Shown: positions 23,620-37,125 of the stretch, piece by piece
How positions within the stretch are numbered: the first letter of the stretch is position 1
How the letters are laid out: each line of letters opens with the position of its first letter
From: Laetmonice hystrix
Taxonomy: Eukaryota
DNA: 64,000 nucleotides
Direction: 5' to 3'
NCBI GenBank assembly: GCA_965235115.1
Contig: OZ249436.1
Location: forward strand, 39,310,001-39,374,000
The notes under the pieces: model-generated
Told to the model about the DNA's origin: nothing
Database searches by the model: none
The model's input: only the letters and a program-made list of their open reading frames with translations
Made by a program: the position numbers and the translations under genes

Positions 23620-25535
23620 AGGTAGGGAAAGGTGGGGTAAAACGCCCCCCTTAAGGCAGAATATCGATAACTAATGACATAAAATGATGATCACTGCTGA
23701 ACTAACTGAATCTAATGCGTATAGCAATAAGCTATCTTCAGGCAGGGATATATCGACCTAGCATCTTTTTGAATGGCTAAAAATATACGATTTCCACAAA
23801 TGTGTATGGTGGGCGTTTTACCCCGTCAGTGGGTAAAACGCCCACGGGGAGGGCGTTTTACCCCACGAGGGAGCGGTAAAATGAATAAAAGGAACAGGAA
23901 GTTCAAATATGGTTTATTAGAACCAACACAACTGAAATAACATCATTAACGCCTACCTACAGATAGGTACGCCAGGCTATAATGAGCAAGGATTTTTTGT
24001 TTGAGTTTCACACCTCGCAGGCGTAGGTCCTGGTAAGCATTCCTAATCACCATCATCATCATCCGAGTCACAATTCTGACAAATGTAATGGCGATCGCCT
24101 GGGGTACACTCCTCGTGTGCCCATTTTTTACACGAGCTTCTGAGCAGTTGTAGGTAGACTGCATAACGTGGTCAGGATGTGTTTCGGGCTTTCGGGCATG
24201 TTGGGCCCCTGGACTGGTGCGAGTGGGTTGGGCCCCCGGGCTGGTGTGGGCATGTTGGGCCTCTGGGCTGGGCCTGACAGGTTGGACCCCTGGGCTGAGG
24301 CAGGCATGTTGGTGGATCCCTGGACTGGTGCGGGTGGGTTGGGCCCCTGGACTGGGGCAGGCATGTTGGGCCCCTGGGCTGGGGCAGGCATGTTGGGCCC
24401 CTGGGCTGGGGCAGGCATGTTGGGCCCCTGGGCTGGGGCAGGCATGTTGGGCCCCTGGGCTGGGGCAGGCATGTTGGGCCCCTGGGCTGGGGCAGGCATG
24501 TTGGGTCCCTGGGCTGGGCCTGGCATGTTGGGCCCATGGACTGGTGCAAGTGGGTTGGGCCCCCCTGGCTGGTGTGGACATGTTGGGCCTCTGGGCTGGG
24601 CCTGGCAGGTTGGACCCTGGGGCAGGCATGTTGGTCGAAGGCATAACAAATGAGGCAGGGGGCATGTTGGTGGGCCCCTGGACTGGTGCGGGTGGGTTGG
24701 GCCCCTGGACTGGGATGGGCATGTTGGACCCCTGGGCTGGGGCAGGCATGTTGTCCCCCTGGGATGGGCCTGGCAGGTTGGACCCCTGGGCTGGGGCAGG
24801 CATGTTGTGCCCCTGGAATGGGCCTGGCAGGTTGGACCCCTGGGCTGGGGCAGGCATGTTGTGCCCCTGGAATGGGCCTGGCAGGTTGGACCCCTGGGCT
24901 GGGGCAGGCATGTTGGGCCCCTGGGCTGGGGCAGGCATGTTGGGCCCCTGGGCGGGGGCGGGGCAGGCATGTTGGGCCCCTGGACTGGTGCGGGCTGGTT
25001 GGGTCCCTGGGCTAGGATGGGCATGTTGGGCCCACCAACATGCCTGCCTCAGCCCAGGGGTCCAACCTGTCAGGCCCGCGCCGAGTAGGCTACCTCCCGA
25101 TATACATTTGAGGGTTGGGGTAAAAGGCCCATTGGTGGGCCTTTTACCCCAAGAGTGGGGGGCCTTTTACCCCGGCGGCCATATTGTTTTCAAAACCATG
25201 ACGCGCTCTCCTGCCCTACCAACGGTGTGAATAAAACATTTGTTGTGTAAACTAGCATGGATAGCAACCTTTAAACACGACAGGAAGATTCTAGCTGCCC
25301 TTAATTTTCGCTAGGATCTCAAGAAACTTTATGTATACTTACATGAAATTGCAAAAATATCGAAAAAGCGTGCTGCTTACTGTCACTACCGCGTCACGTC
25401 ACAAACTGTTGTTGTTGTTCGTTCCCGATAGATGTTGCTTTGACCTAATTGTTTGCAATTCGGCGGGAACGCGCTTGTTCAGGATATACAGGGGGTGGGC
25501 CTCTTACCCGCAGTGGGCGTTTTACCCCACCTTAC
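23620..25535 (-). mobile_element. pogo-like DNA transposon deletion derivative retaining a PHD-finger C-terminus
   Basis: Inverted ggtggggtaaaacgccc / gggcgttttaccccacc motifs at both ends. Minus-strand 24045-24131 encodes CKKWAHEECTPGDRHYICQNCDSDDDDGD*. Confidence 0.6.
24185..25075. repeat. 30-bp GC-rich minisatellite (PAPAQGPNM-type reading on the minus strand)
   Basis: Tandem ggcaggcatgttgggcccctgggctggg.. units; explains the stack of overlapping ORFs. Confidence 0.9.
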
Positions 25536-27130
25536 AAGCGGTGGACTTTTTTCCCTCGTAGTGGATTCGCAGCACGTCTCCAAGGCCGCATGTGTCGGGC
25601 AGTTCTACAGGTGTCTGTCTGCCTTTTGTGCCCTACAATTAGCCTTGTTCCGCGACCTACTGGTGTAGGTCTTGCACAAAGGTTTACGTCATCACCCACA
25701 ATCCTTTGCGCTCAGATGTAAACAAACCACGTGAGCCTGTGCGGCCAGAAAAGGCGATCGTGTGCGCGGAAAAAAAGGAAAATAAGTAGCACTAACAGTT
25801 TATTATTTATAATTAACTGTTAGAACGTTCTTAAAATGGTTATACACTTTACCGATTCAACCTTAAGGTCAAGGTTTGAGAGTTAATGGGAGGAATTGTA
25901 AAGAAAACGAGAAGTATCGGGTGACCCCCATTGGGCGATAATAGGTCGATTGAGGGGTAGTCTGATAGGTTCGTTTCATGTTTGAATTCCTCTAAAATTT
26001 TACTGGATCGCGACATATGGCTGAAAATTTGGTAAATCACAAAGGGGATGTACCTCATGACGTGGTACAGATATGAGCAATATGTCGCATTTCGTCTCAT
26101 GACAGCGACCGTCTTAATGTTCGGAACAAATACACGGCGTATGAGCCCGACGCGATTTGACTGCGCCCGCCGACCCAGCAAGGCCAAGGGTCCCGTCAAA
26201 GCAGACGGTAGCTGGTTGGTGTAGGTCAGCCAATTATATAGTCCAATTCTCGGCAATTGTTTAAAAATCCTAGATCCGCCTCGATCAACAAGCCCAGGCC
26301 GAACCGACTGGCCGAGGGCGAGGCCCCCTGTACAAGTCCCGGCCGAATGGACCGGTCGAGGCCTGCTACAAGCCCCGGCAGCGAGCGAGCGAGCGGCCGG
26401 CGGGCCCGCGGCAGTTTGAGCGAGTAAGCGAGCGGGCGAGTAACTGGCCACCGCTCCCTCGCTCACCCCGGGCACAGCCCCGGCGGCCCCCGGGATCATT
26501 CGCGGCGGGCTCAAGTGACGTGATGCCAGCTAGGCAGGTAACCAGCATTGGCAGCAGTGGTACAAGGACTCGGAAGCGTCCAGCTCCAGGTAGTGGGGGA
26601 CGAGGAGAGATGATGGGAGCTATAAATATAATATAGCCATAGCCTAGGTGATATGAGATGTAAAATCAAATTATTACGGGCCATAAGACCTACCACTCCA
26701 ACAAAAACTTGCCATTTCTCCGTGATTCCAACAGCCAGATCGGTACCGCTAGATCGACTCCACGTGCTTTTGTTTACTTCCGGACGAGCGATGACGTCAA
26801 CCTTTGTGCCTAGCCTACCGTGCGCGCCTAGCGGGAGGCGGGAACCAAGCTACCCTACAATGAACTTTCACCAGCCTTAATCATCACGCCCTCTGTTGGC
26901 ATACGCCAGAAGTGTGGGGTGTCACTGGATATGTTCTCCCTTGTAATGTTTTGAGCCCGCGCGGTAATAACGATCGCTATTAGCGCAACGCATGCTTCTG
27001 GCGTCTACGCAAATGCTTATGAAACACTTTAACGCAACGATCGCTACCTTCATTGTTCGCTGATAACGCACGTGTGCGTTATTAGTGTGCGTTCGCTGTT
27101 AGTTATGAAACGGGCCCCAGGTGCATTATG

Positions 27131-28236
27131 CTAGGAGTCCACTGGGCCGGCGCCAGTTGGTGCCAGTTTGCGCCAATGCAATTTGCTGTGGCGCCTAGTG
27201 GCGCCAATAAGGTGCCTAGTGGCGTGTAGTGGCTCAAACTGTCTCCCAACTGGCTCGTAGTGGCCCGTAACGGCGCCCAATTTGAATTTGGCGTCAAGAA
27301 AATTTTTAAATGTTTGAAATTTTCGTCGCGCCACTTGCATCGAGTAATCAGCGCCAAGTGTCCACCAAGTGGCACCAAATGGCGCGAACATATCACCCTT
27401 TGGCGTAAACAATCCGCCTATTGGAATCAACTGGAATGTATTGGCGCGCGCCAAGTTGTGCCAATGAGATTTCGCGCCACACGGCGCCACTTGACGCCAA
27501 GTTTGCACCACTGCGCGCCAGATAGTTCCAACAGAGGCGGATAGTCCACGCCAAACCGCGCCAAATGTGCAGTGGCGCGAGCCAAACGGCACCCGATTGG
27601 TGACAACTTCACGCCAAATGCCACCTAGTTGCCCGCCATTCGGCGTCACTCGCCGCCTATAAAAGCAGGGCGACATTGCACGACTTTCTCACACAACTTT
27701 TAAGATTCGACTCGACAACACCTCCACGCAGTTTTCCCTTCACAATTTCTACATAATTTTCAAAGAAGATGCCCCCCAAAGGCAAGAAAGGCAGTAGCAA
27801 GGGGAAGAAGGACAAACCTGAACAGTCCAAGAAGAAAGACCCCCAGCACAAGAAGCTCAAGCTGAGCTCTAGGACGAGGCCCCCTACAAGCGAAGATGAC
27901 GACGAGGGCCTGAATGATGAAGACCTTCGCCGGTGGCCGATATTTATATAGTTGGCAAGTAGCGCCAAGTGGCGGCAAGTTGAAACCAATTTGGCGACGT
28001 TTGGCACGAACTAATCACCAAGTGGCGCAAAGTAGCCGTCTATCGGCGCGAATGGCGCCAACACAGGGTGAATTTTGGAATCAAATGGCCGTGTAATGGC
28101 GCGAACTGGCGCAAACTGGCGCAACATTTTGGAGCAAGCCAGGTGACATTTGGCGCACGCCATTATGGCACCCAGTTTATTCCACTACGCGCCAATTACA
28201 TAATCTTTGGCGCGAACTGGCACCAACTGGCGCAGG
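27131..28236. mobile_element. Harbinger-like internal-deletion derivative (GGCGCCA-rich arms)
   Basis: Inverted ends gcgccagttggtgccagtt / aactggcaccaactggcgc. Central Lys-rich mini-ORF 27769-27951 lies between opposing TATA-like boxes. Confidence 0.55.
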
Positions 28237-28239
28237 TGT

Positions 28240-29050
28240 CATATGAAATTTGTACTGCGTGGAGAAAGTACTCCCCAGTACATATTTCATATGAAATATG
28301 TACTCCCCCAGTACATATTTCATATGAAAAATTTCCCCCCCTTATGAAATATGTACTCCCCCAGTACATATTTCATATGAAAAAGTTACTCCCCTTATGA
28401 AATATGTACTCCCCCAGTAGTACATATTTCATATGAAAAAGGTACTCCCCTAGGACATAGGTAGGCCTATATGGAAAGGGCACACCCAGTATCTCATATG
28501 AATAAGGTACCCCCATGCGCGTGTACAGGGGTACCCCCGACAACCCTCCCCCCGATTAGGTTCTGATGACCATTGTAGCAGGCAGGGATTGAGAAGAGGG
28601 ATCAGTTTGCTTGTCAGCTTTAAACCTTCGACCCCCCCCCCCCCCCGCGAACCCCCTGCCTCTTTGTGCCCTAGCAACAGTGAATCTGAGAGCGTTTACT
28701 CCCCCCTTTTTGTTGCTTGTCAGTTTGGTACCTTGCCCACCCACCCCAACTGAGCCTTTTCGTTTATTTGAATATTTTTGCTTGTTAGTTTGTGACATTC
28801 GAACCCCCAGTAGGCCTACATACGCTCTAGGGAAGGGGTACCCCCAGTACATTATTTCATATGACAAAGGTACTCCCCTAGGACATAAGACTCTATGGAA
28901 ACGTTACACCCAGTACATATTACATATGAAAAAGGTACTCCCCCAGTACATATGCTCTCCGGATAGGGTACCCCCAGTAGATATTTCATATGAAAAAGGT
29001 ACTCCCCCAGTACATAGGCTCTATGGAAACGGTACACCCAGTACATAACC
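28240..29050. repeat. Degenerate tandem repeats (catatttcatatgaaaaaggtactcccccagta)
   Basis: Two clusters, 28240-28510 and 28830-29050; probably transposon subterminal repeats. Confidence 0.7.
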
Positions 29051-29702
29051 TAGTTGGTGATACATGACTAGGCCGAATGGTCGGGTCGGGAAACCGCTAC
29101 AGAAGAAAGGATTCACGTGTCACTGACGCGGGATCTAGTTTTATGCACTCAATGACAGCACTGTCTAAAAGTTTGAAGAGGTATGAATGATTTTGGCTAA
29201 GTAAATGCCAATAGCTGGTCATAGCCCCGGCTGTGCTCCGTGCACACATACATACAGCCTTTAGCGGCAGGCAGCTGGCAGTGAGCTTCATATGAGTATT
29301 AACCCTTGTAAGGGCACGTCCAGGGAGTTGCTTTGTAGGGCACAAGGGGTTTTTTTTGGACCCCACCCTTTAGGTCATCAAAACTTGCAAAATTTAAACA
29401 GACAAATAATTTAAAACATATTTTTTATTTGAAGTAAACATTCTAAAGGCTTACCTGTACTAAAAACTCCTAACCAAAAATCATCTTAACATTTTTCGAA
29501 CTTTGACAAAATCTGGATGGACAGTAGAAAAACTTCTTACACGCTGCTTTTGTTCCTGTCTAAGCACCTATACCAGAAGAAGCTTCATCAAATGCTTTAT
29601 AGTTACACGCATTTACTGAATACTGTTATATGGAAGATGGGGATAGGTTTTGTAGGTCTGGGGACCGGGGTTAGGGGAAAGAGGGCTAGCGATATTGATC
29701 TA

Positions 29703-30045
29703 CTGTAAATCAGGTATTTTTCGCGTGTTTTAATTTCGCGATTTTCGCGTTTTCAAAAAAAAACAAAAAACGCGAAATTAAGAAACGCCAAATAAAAACT
29801 CGGAACGGCGCATTTCCAGTAATATATCCGCTTACAAAACAAAATAACCTTCTTTAACTTGGCAGTTGCTGACTATAGCTCTTGTTGTATTTGCGTGGTG
29901 GAGAATTAAAACTGTTGAATTTAATACATGTCTTTACTTTAAGATGGGGATGCCATTGCCTAAACGCGAATTTAAGAAACGCTAAACCAGCCCAAAATGA
30001 AAAAAACGCGAAATTGTAATCACGCCAAATTAAAGTGATTTACAG
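29703..30045. mobile_element. Tc1/mariner-superfamily MITE
   Basis: TA|ctgtaaatca ... tgatttacag|TA. Confidence 0.7.
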
Positions 30046-30277
30046 TATATAATTACTTCCGCCCTCTTTTGCTTTTAAAGTCAACATTATATTCTAAACA
30101 TGCCCTTTGTGTGTAAATTTTGAAGAGGTATATGACTGCGTTTTGGCTGAATGGCCAGAGGTGTTATTCACTTGAGCAATACCGTAGGCAGGTAGGGTGA
30201 CTGTATCGAAAATTATGTCGACTGGTTTAATAAGGAATCACCATACAGCTACCCGTAGCCTTTCATGATGATACTTA

Positions 30278-30874
30278 AGCCCCCGTCACACTTTCCCGGA
30301 TCGCACGACGGTTTGGAATGATCCGTAGCGCACGGCGATCCGGCAGCTTCCGTGACCTGGAAGGGCGATGATGCGTGAAACTCCGTATCCAGAACGGGTT
30401 GATAAGGGTTGACACGGCTCCAGTAGGGGTTACTACGACATTGTAACCCGGGTTGAGAAGGATTGTTACGAATAGCTTCCCGGGGCTACTCCGTATAGGT
30501 ACGGCTTACTATGGCTCACTACGGCTCTCTTACGGGTTGATGCGGTTCCACTAGGGATTACTACGGGCTGTTACGTATCTCCGACGGGTTATTACGGAGT
30601 GAACAGGTTGGGGTGCTCGCCAATATATAGGCGAGCGTCACCACATGACACACGCGTTGGCCACCTTGATTTGAAGCAACCCGTAGCAAGCCATACCAAC
30701 CCGTCACAATACGTAGGGTACCACCGTAGCACACCGTATCAACCCGTACTGGATACGTACCAATACTTTGTGTGATCCGTTCCTATACCTACCAATACTT
30801 ACCTATACGTACCAACCCGGGAAGGATACCTAACAACACGTAGTGGATCCATCACCGATCACGTGATCACGGCT
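30278..30874 (+). mobile_element. Harbinger-like MITE, copy 1
   Basis: Begins tta|agcccccgtcacac. Reverse-complement copy at 36189-36796. Confidence 0.7.
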
Positions 30875-30902
30875 TACTAGGGAAACGCTAGGTGTCCACT
30901 AA

Positions 30903-31341
30903 TGCCCCTGATCCACCGGTGGCGATTGGGCTTCGTGATGGGTTGGCGACATGTTCGTGACATCTTCGCGACAGCCCGAGCATCTAAAAATTGCTCGGCA
31001 ATCGCGAAACACAATTTCGGTGGATCAGCTTTGGAGACGGATTGGTGACAGCTTCGCGACACACCTGGCTTTGTGACAGCTTCGCGACAGGTGTCGCCAG
31101 TATCAAACAAGTTTGATATTCGCGACTGGCAACGGACGCAGTTCGTGAGGGTGTTGTTGTCGCAACCGGTGGATCAGGTATGTGATTTTCGTGACACCTT
31201 GGCGCGTGCCTCGAGAGAGCTTGGCGACTTACTGAATCATGTCGCCAAGCTGTCTCAACAAAATGACAACTACGGCTTCGCGATCGAGCATCTCCATCGC
31301 GAAGCTGTTACGAACGTGTCGCCACCGGTGGATCAGGGCCA
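30903..31341. mobile_element. Harbinger-like MITE
   Basis: taa|tgcccctgatccaccggtggcga ... tcgccaccggtggatcagggcca|taa. A related end is at ~13710-13725. Confidence 0.7.
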
Positions 31342-31902
31342 TAAGTTGAATAACATGTATACACCACAGAGGAAAAAGGATTTTAACATTAAAATTGTTT
31401 TTCCGGTAAAATGAGGTATTTTTGTACAGGTCTCATATAATCCTCTCTGCACTGCATGTCCGGTTATATGGATCAAATGCCGAGTCCTCACTGAATTCAA
31501 TGGTATAACCAACCCATGGGCGGTTATATAAACACCCTTCTCAGTGCACCATATCGCACTGTTGTGAGACGGAAATAACATGTAAACACCATGCACGCCT
31601 GTCGTCGCGGTTGGCTGACCCCTTCTTTGACCGACCACATATTGACCATGACCTTGGCATTTTTGCAGCACACAGGACAGATTAGCCTGGAAACATACTA
31701 AAGCGGCTTCTGTGGTGTAATGGTTAGAGTCGTCGCCTCGTGAACCGAACATCGCGAGTTCCAATCCCCTATGACACTCAAATTATGCTCATAATAGAAA
31801 CAATTTTTTGGGTGGTGAATTTTATTGTGCCTTTTCTTAGTATGAGTTCGTTCATATAAAAGAACATCAGTAGATCAGCAGCGGGAATTGGGCCGAATAT
31901 TA

Positions 31903-34900
31903 AGCTGGTGACACATACAAGCGTTTACCGCATCCGTACACCGCGTCCAGTCATCGCATCCGTCCAAATGGGTTTGGGCATTACCCAGCGGGCACAGCAC
32001 GTGGCAATCACGTGTAATCCACGTGGATTTGCCACGTGGCAATCACGTGGCAAACTGGTGGTATGTGTAAACTAAATTCACGTGATTTCTTCACGTGGAA
32101 TACACGTAGCAAAGTCACGTGAATTCACCAGGGCACAGCACGTGGAAATCACGTGTAATGCACGTGGATCTGCCACGTGGCAATCATGTGGCAAACTGGT
32201 GGTATGTGTAAACTAAATTCACGTGATTTCTTCACGTGGAATACACGTAGCAAAGTCACGTGAATTCACCAGGGCACAGCACGTGTAATGCACGTGGATC
32301 TGCCACGTGGCAATCATGTGGCAAACTGGTGGTATGTGTAAACTAAATTCACGTGATTTCTTCACGTGGAATACACGTGGCAAAATCACTTGAATTCACC
32401 ACCAGTTTCCCACCACCCAGCAGGCAAAAATCATGGATTTTCCGTGGAATACACGTGGAATTTTCCATGTCATATCACCCAGTTTTCCACTTCTCCAGGT
32501 TTCCACATCATGTACACACCATGGGTATGATCATTCTCACACTCGAGTCCTTTCGGCAATCTTCGTTCATGTTGTGCTTGGGTTCTCATATGCGGCTATT
32601 TTTAGCGAGCATATGGCCGCCATGGTTGAGTGGTCACTGACTCCCAGACCCGTTTGACTTTTTCGCGCAGCTCCCCGGCACTGGTGGGATTCGATCCGTT
32701 GATCTCAGGTCCGCGTCTCTGCCCATTCGGCCACGCTTGTAGCTTGTGTCTTGTACGGTTGAAATCCTGTTTTTCCTCGTGTTGCCCCCTCGGTAACGCA
32801 TGGGGGTTTACTGATAGCACCCCTCGGTTGATTATTTTTCTCTCTCAATAAAATCCTCTATTTTGTCTCGAATTTTTTCCCCATTTGTCAATTCAGGATA
32901 TTTACCATAAACCCCTTAGCTAACGCACGGGGCTTTCAGTCATAGCACCCGTAAGGTAATGGGGGTATTTCTCTAGAAAAAAAATCGTCCGGAAAACCAT
33001 CTAGATTCATCTAGATTTACACCACCGCCTTAAAGATTTACACCACCGCAACGCTAAGCAAAGTTCCTAACTTCGTGATATATTTTTTGCTTTTGAGACT
33101 GCAATATAACAAATTCATTAGATGTTTGGGCCACCCTAGCGTCAGCTCTGTATACACACTGAGCTGACGAGTTGGCTACGATTGATCCAGTTGCTAGTAG
33201 ACCTACTGTTAAACTTTCTGCTTGTCACAACGGCTCTTTCTCAAAGTCAATCGTCGTACAGAGCTAGCCAGTTTTTCTTTGGGGAAATGTTATCATAGAC
33301 ATTTACATATTTTAATATAACTTTGTTTTTCTATGGGACCCAGATGTCCACGTGTATTCCACGAGAAAATACACCAATTATTTCCACGGGTAAATATCCG
33401 CGTGTGTTCCACGACAAATACACCAATTATTTCTACGTGTACATATCGATGTGTTTTCAATGTGATATTGAAACCAAATTTCCCCCAAATGGCAAAAATG
33501 ATGGACATCACCTTTTCCACCAGAAAGCCACGTGTTTTCAACGTGATACTGAAACCAAATTTCCCCCAAATGGCAAAAATGACGGACTTCACCTTTTCCA
33601 CCAGGAAGCCACGTGTTTTCAACGTGATACTGAAACCAAATTTCCCCCAAATGGCAAAAATGACGCACATCACCTTTACCACCAGAAAGCCACGTGTTTT
33701 CAACGTGATACTGAAACCAAATTTCCCCGAGCTGGAAAAATGATGGACACCACCTTTTCCACCAGAAAGCCACGTGTTTTCAACGTGATACTGAAACCAA
33801 ATTTCCCCCAAATGGCAAAAATGATGGACATCTCCTTTTCCACCAGAAAGCCACGTGTTTTCAACGTGATACTAAAACCAAATTTCCCCCAACTGGCAAA
33901 AATGATGGACATCACCTTTTCCACCAGAAAGCCACGTGTTTTCAACGTGATACTGAAACTAAATTTCCCCCAACTGGCAAAAATGATGGACACCACCTTT
34001 TCCACCAGAAAGCCACGTGTTTTCAACGTGATACTGAAACCAAATTTCCCCGTCATAAATCCACGTGGAAACGACGTGAAAAACTAGTGGATTTCTGGTG
34101 GATCCACCAATCCACTAGTTTTCCACCAGTTATCCACGTGGTTTCCACGTGGTGTGCCCGCTGGGTATGGTTTACAACCAAGCATGACACATACCTCCGG
34201 CCGCGATTATCGGGTGCAATCAAACGGATCCGTTGATCGCAATTTTCCAACACTGCTAATTTTTTGCGATGAACGCGCCGGTAAACGGAAGGGGAACTCC
34301 ATATTATGACGTCAAATTGGGGAAACCCTCACACCAACCATGCCGCGGGAATATACAACCCTGACAAAGCAACAGGTTGGGGAGCTGATAGAGGGTGTCA
34401 GGAGACACCCCTATCTATAATGCGCGACACATATTGCATCATGACACAGAGAAGTGTCAAAATGCCTGGGAGGCAATCAAAAGTACACTACAAACGGAAC
34501 TGAGCAGTGAGTAGCTAGACTGTGTGATGGTAACATGTTCCTTACATATTGGCTCGTATAGGAATCATGCAGTAGGAACCCGGTCAACCCATGTAGCCTA
34601 CCTGGCACATTTACTTTCTTATCATAGTAGTGTGTATGTGTATCACATGTGTATATGTGTATATTGCCGCGGCATGGTTGGTGTGAGGGTTTCCCCAATT
34701 TGACGTCATAATATGGAGTTCCCCTTCCGTTTACCGGCGCGTTCATCGCAAAAATTGGGCAGTGTTGGAAAATTGCGATCAACGGATCCGTTTGATCGCA
34801 CCCGATAATCGTGGTCGGAGGTATGTGTCATGCTTGGTTGTAAACCATAATGCCCAAACCCATTTGGACGGATGCGATGAGTGGACGCGGTGTACGGATG

Positions 34901-34928
34901 CGGTAAACGCTTGTATGTGTCACCAGCT
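31903..34928. mobile_element. Foldback Harbinger-like MITE with ~270-bp TIRs; left arm interrupted
   Basis: tta|agctggtgacacatacaagcg... matches ...cgcttgtatgtgtcaccagct|tta. The left arm resumes at 34166 and pairs with 34660-34850. Confidence 0.85.
31984..34165. mobile_element. EnSpm/CACTA-like non-autonomous element with tandem arrays
   Basis: TA|cccagcgggcaca ... tgtgcccgctggg|TA (2-bp TSD). ~140-bp repeats at 31990-32400 and an 81-bp array at ~33450-34050. Confidence 0.8.
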
Positions 34929-35224
34929 TTACATGGATATAACCGGTACCGTGGGGTGTATATAGCCTTCAGGGGTTTTCTTCGAGAATATAGTTGCAGG
35001 TCTTCCCAGATATGTCATGACTCATGGGTGTATCGTTTTGTATCGATACTTTGACGTTCATATCGATGTAGCGTATCGGACACAAATATCGTGATACACC
35101 GATATATCGATGAATCATTTGAGCCCTATTGTTGGGAGGGCCAAATGAGACTCACTTGAGAGCGCCTTAGGGGGCAGACAAGAAAATTTCCGATATCTTC
35201 ATTCAACCTGAGTGGCATCTCTGG

Positions 35225-35845
35225 ATGTTGTACCTGTATCTCCGGTTATATGAAGATGGTGTGTTCAATGCTGTACCTATGTTAATGGTTATGAAGATGA
35301 TGTGTTCAATATTGTATTGTGTTGCTGGTTGTATGAAGATGATGTGTCCAATGCTGTACCTGTGATGGTGGATGTATGAAGATAGTGTATCCAATGCTGC
35401 TCCTGTGTTGCTAGTTGTATGAAGATGGTGTGTTCAATACTGCACCTGTATCTCTGGTTGTATGAAGATGGTGTGTCCAATGCTGTACCTGTGATGCTGG
35501 TTGCATGAAAATGGTGTGTCTAGTGGTGTACCTGTGTCCTTGGTTGTATGAAGATGATGTGTTTATTGCTGTACCTGTGTTGCTGGTTGTATGAAGATGG
35601 TGTGTTCAATACTGTACCTGTGTTGCTGGTTGTATGAAGATGGTGTGTCCAATGAATTTATGAATGAATGACGCTGTGCACTGATGATGTTTAAGAGCAT
35701 GGTAGATGGGAAAAAGTTTCTGTCATTGATAGTCGCAATTGTTTTAGTTGTATTAAGATGGCATGTATTATAGTGTTCTACCTGTGTGGCTGGTTGTATG
35801 AAGATGGTGTTCAATACTATACCTGTGTGGCTGGTTGTATGTAAA
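35225..35845. repeat. ~43-46-bp degenerate minisatellite
   Basis: Repeated gttgtatgaagatggtgtgttcaatgctgtacctgtg. Confidence 0.85.
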
Positions 35846-36188
35846 TAAGGTTTTCAGTGTTGTACTTGTGTAGCTACTTGTACGAAGATAATGCGTTCAG
35901 AGCCTTTTTACAGGGAGTGACGAACCCATCAGAGATGAAGCGGAGACAAGACTGCTGTCATGCAGCTGGTGCCACAGTTCATGGTGAAGGATCTGGCTCA
36001 GGTGTTCTTGTTTACTGTCAACCGTGGCCTTCAGGTTCATCACAGTGCTATGTCTGGTCTCCAGCTCCAGGTAAGTGTGTACTGAAAGGAATGTGCCTGG
36101 GTCGGTTTAACAGTCACAAGGCAAGCCACGGGCCTAACTTTGGACATGAAAGGAGTGTGCAGCGAGCCTGCACAATACGAGTTTCCTA

Positions 36189-36796
36189 AGCCCCCGTGAC
36201 GGATCCAATACGGGTTGTTAGGTATCCTTCTCGAGTTGGTACGTATAAGTAAGTATTGGTTCGTATAGGAACGGATCACACAAAGTATTTGTACGTATCC
36301 ACTACGGCTTGTTACGGGTTGATACGGCGTGCTACGGGTGGTACGGGTTGTGACGGGTTGGTATGGCCTGCTACGGGTTGCAATGAATCGAAGTGGCCAA
36401 CGCGTGGGTCACGTGGTGACGCTTGCCTATATATTAGCCAGCATCCCAACCTGTTCAAACCGTAATAACCCGTCGGAGATACGTAACAGCCCGTAGTAAG
36501 CCGTAGTGGAACCACATAAACCCGAAAGAGCCGTAGTGAGCCATAGTAAGCCGTAGCTATCCGTAAGTTATCCGTACCTATGCGGAGTAGACCCGGGAAG
36601 CTCTCCGTAACATTCTTTATCAACCCGCAACAATGTTGTAGTAACCCCTACTGGAGCCGTGTCAACCCTTATCAGCCCGTTCTGGATACGGAGTTTCACG
36701 CATCATCGCCTTTCCAGGGCACGGAAGCTGCCGGATCGCCTTGCGCTACGAATAATTCCAAACCGTCGCTTGATCCGGGAAAGTGTGACGGAGGCT
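36189..36796 (-). mobile_element. Harbinger-like MITE, copy 2 (inverse of 30278-30874)
   Basis: Ends gtgtgacggaggct|taa; collinear reverse complement of copy 1. Confidence 0.7.
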
Positions 36797-37125
36797 TAAG
36801 TGTCACTGGCTCAAAGGACAGTCGGTGCCATCCCGTCTCCAGTGTGCGCAATCCGATCCTTACACACGCCAATCCCCAAATATGGTCAGAAAAATGACGT
36901 CACACGTAAACAAATACACGTTGAAGGGCCAGGCACACACGCCAAGCGAGTCACAATGGTGGAGCAGAAGGGGAAAGTTACCTATCCAACTGGACATCCA
37001 GTGATGGGATACCTGATGGGGCAGGCCCGTAATTTCCTTAAAATTATTGAGGGAGCTAGATAATTTCCATTGAATTATTGATGGGGCTCGACGAACAGAT
37101 CCAAGATTCTCCCGGGTAGGCCTAA

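Larger units (their letters stand above)
21997..27117. mobile_element. Harbinger-like MITE (GTTTCATAACTAA family) split by nested insertions
   Basis: Left end gtttcataactaataacgca at ~22003; right end tagttatgaaacgggcccc at ~27100-27118. Confidence 0.5.

Noticed and set aside
23946..25230. Collagen- or mucin-like host gene
   Set aside because: Open frames on both strands arise from a stop-free 30-bp minisatellite inside a transposon derivative.
31705..31775. Additional tRNA-like sequence (another at ~32615-32705)
   Set aside because: Only A/B-box-like words; the stems do not pair into a cloverleaf. At most a decayed SINE head.
33293..34087. CRISPR-like array or repeat protein
   Set aside because: Contiguous 81-bp tandem units with no unique spacers, no cas genes, and a eukaryotic context.
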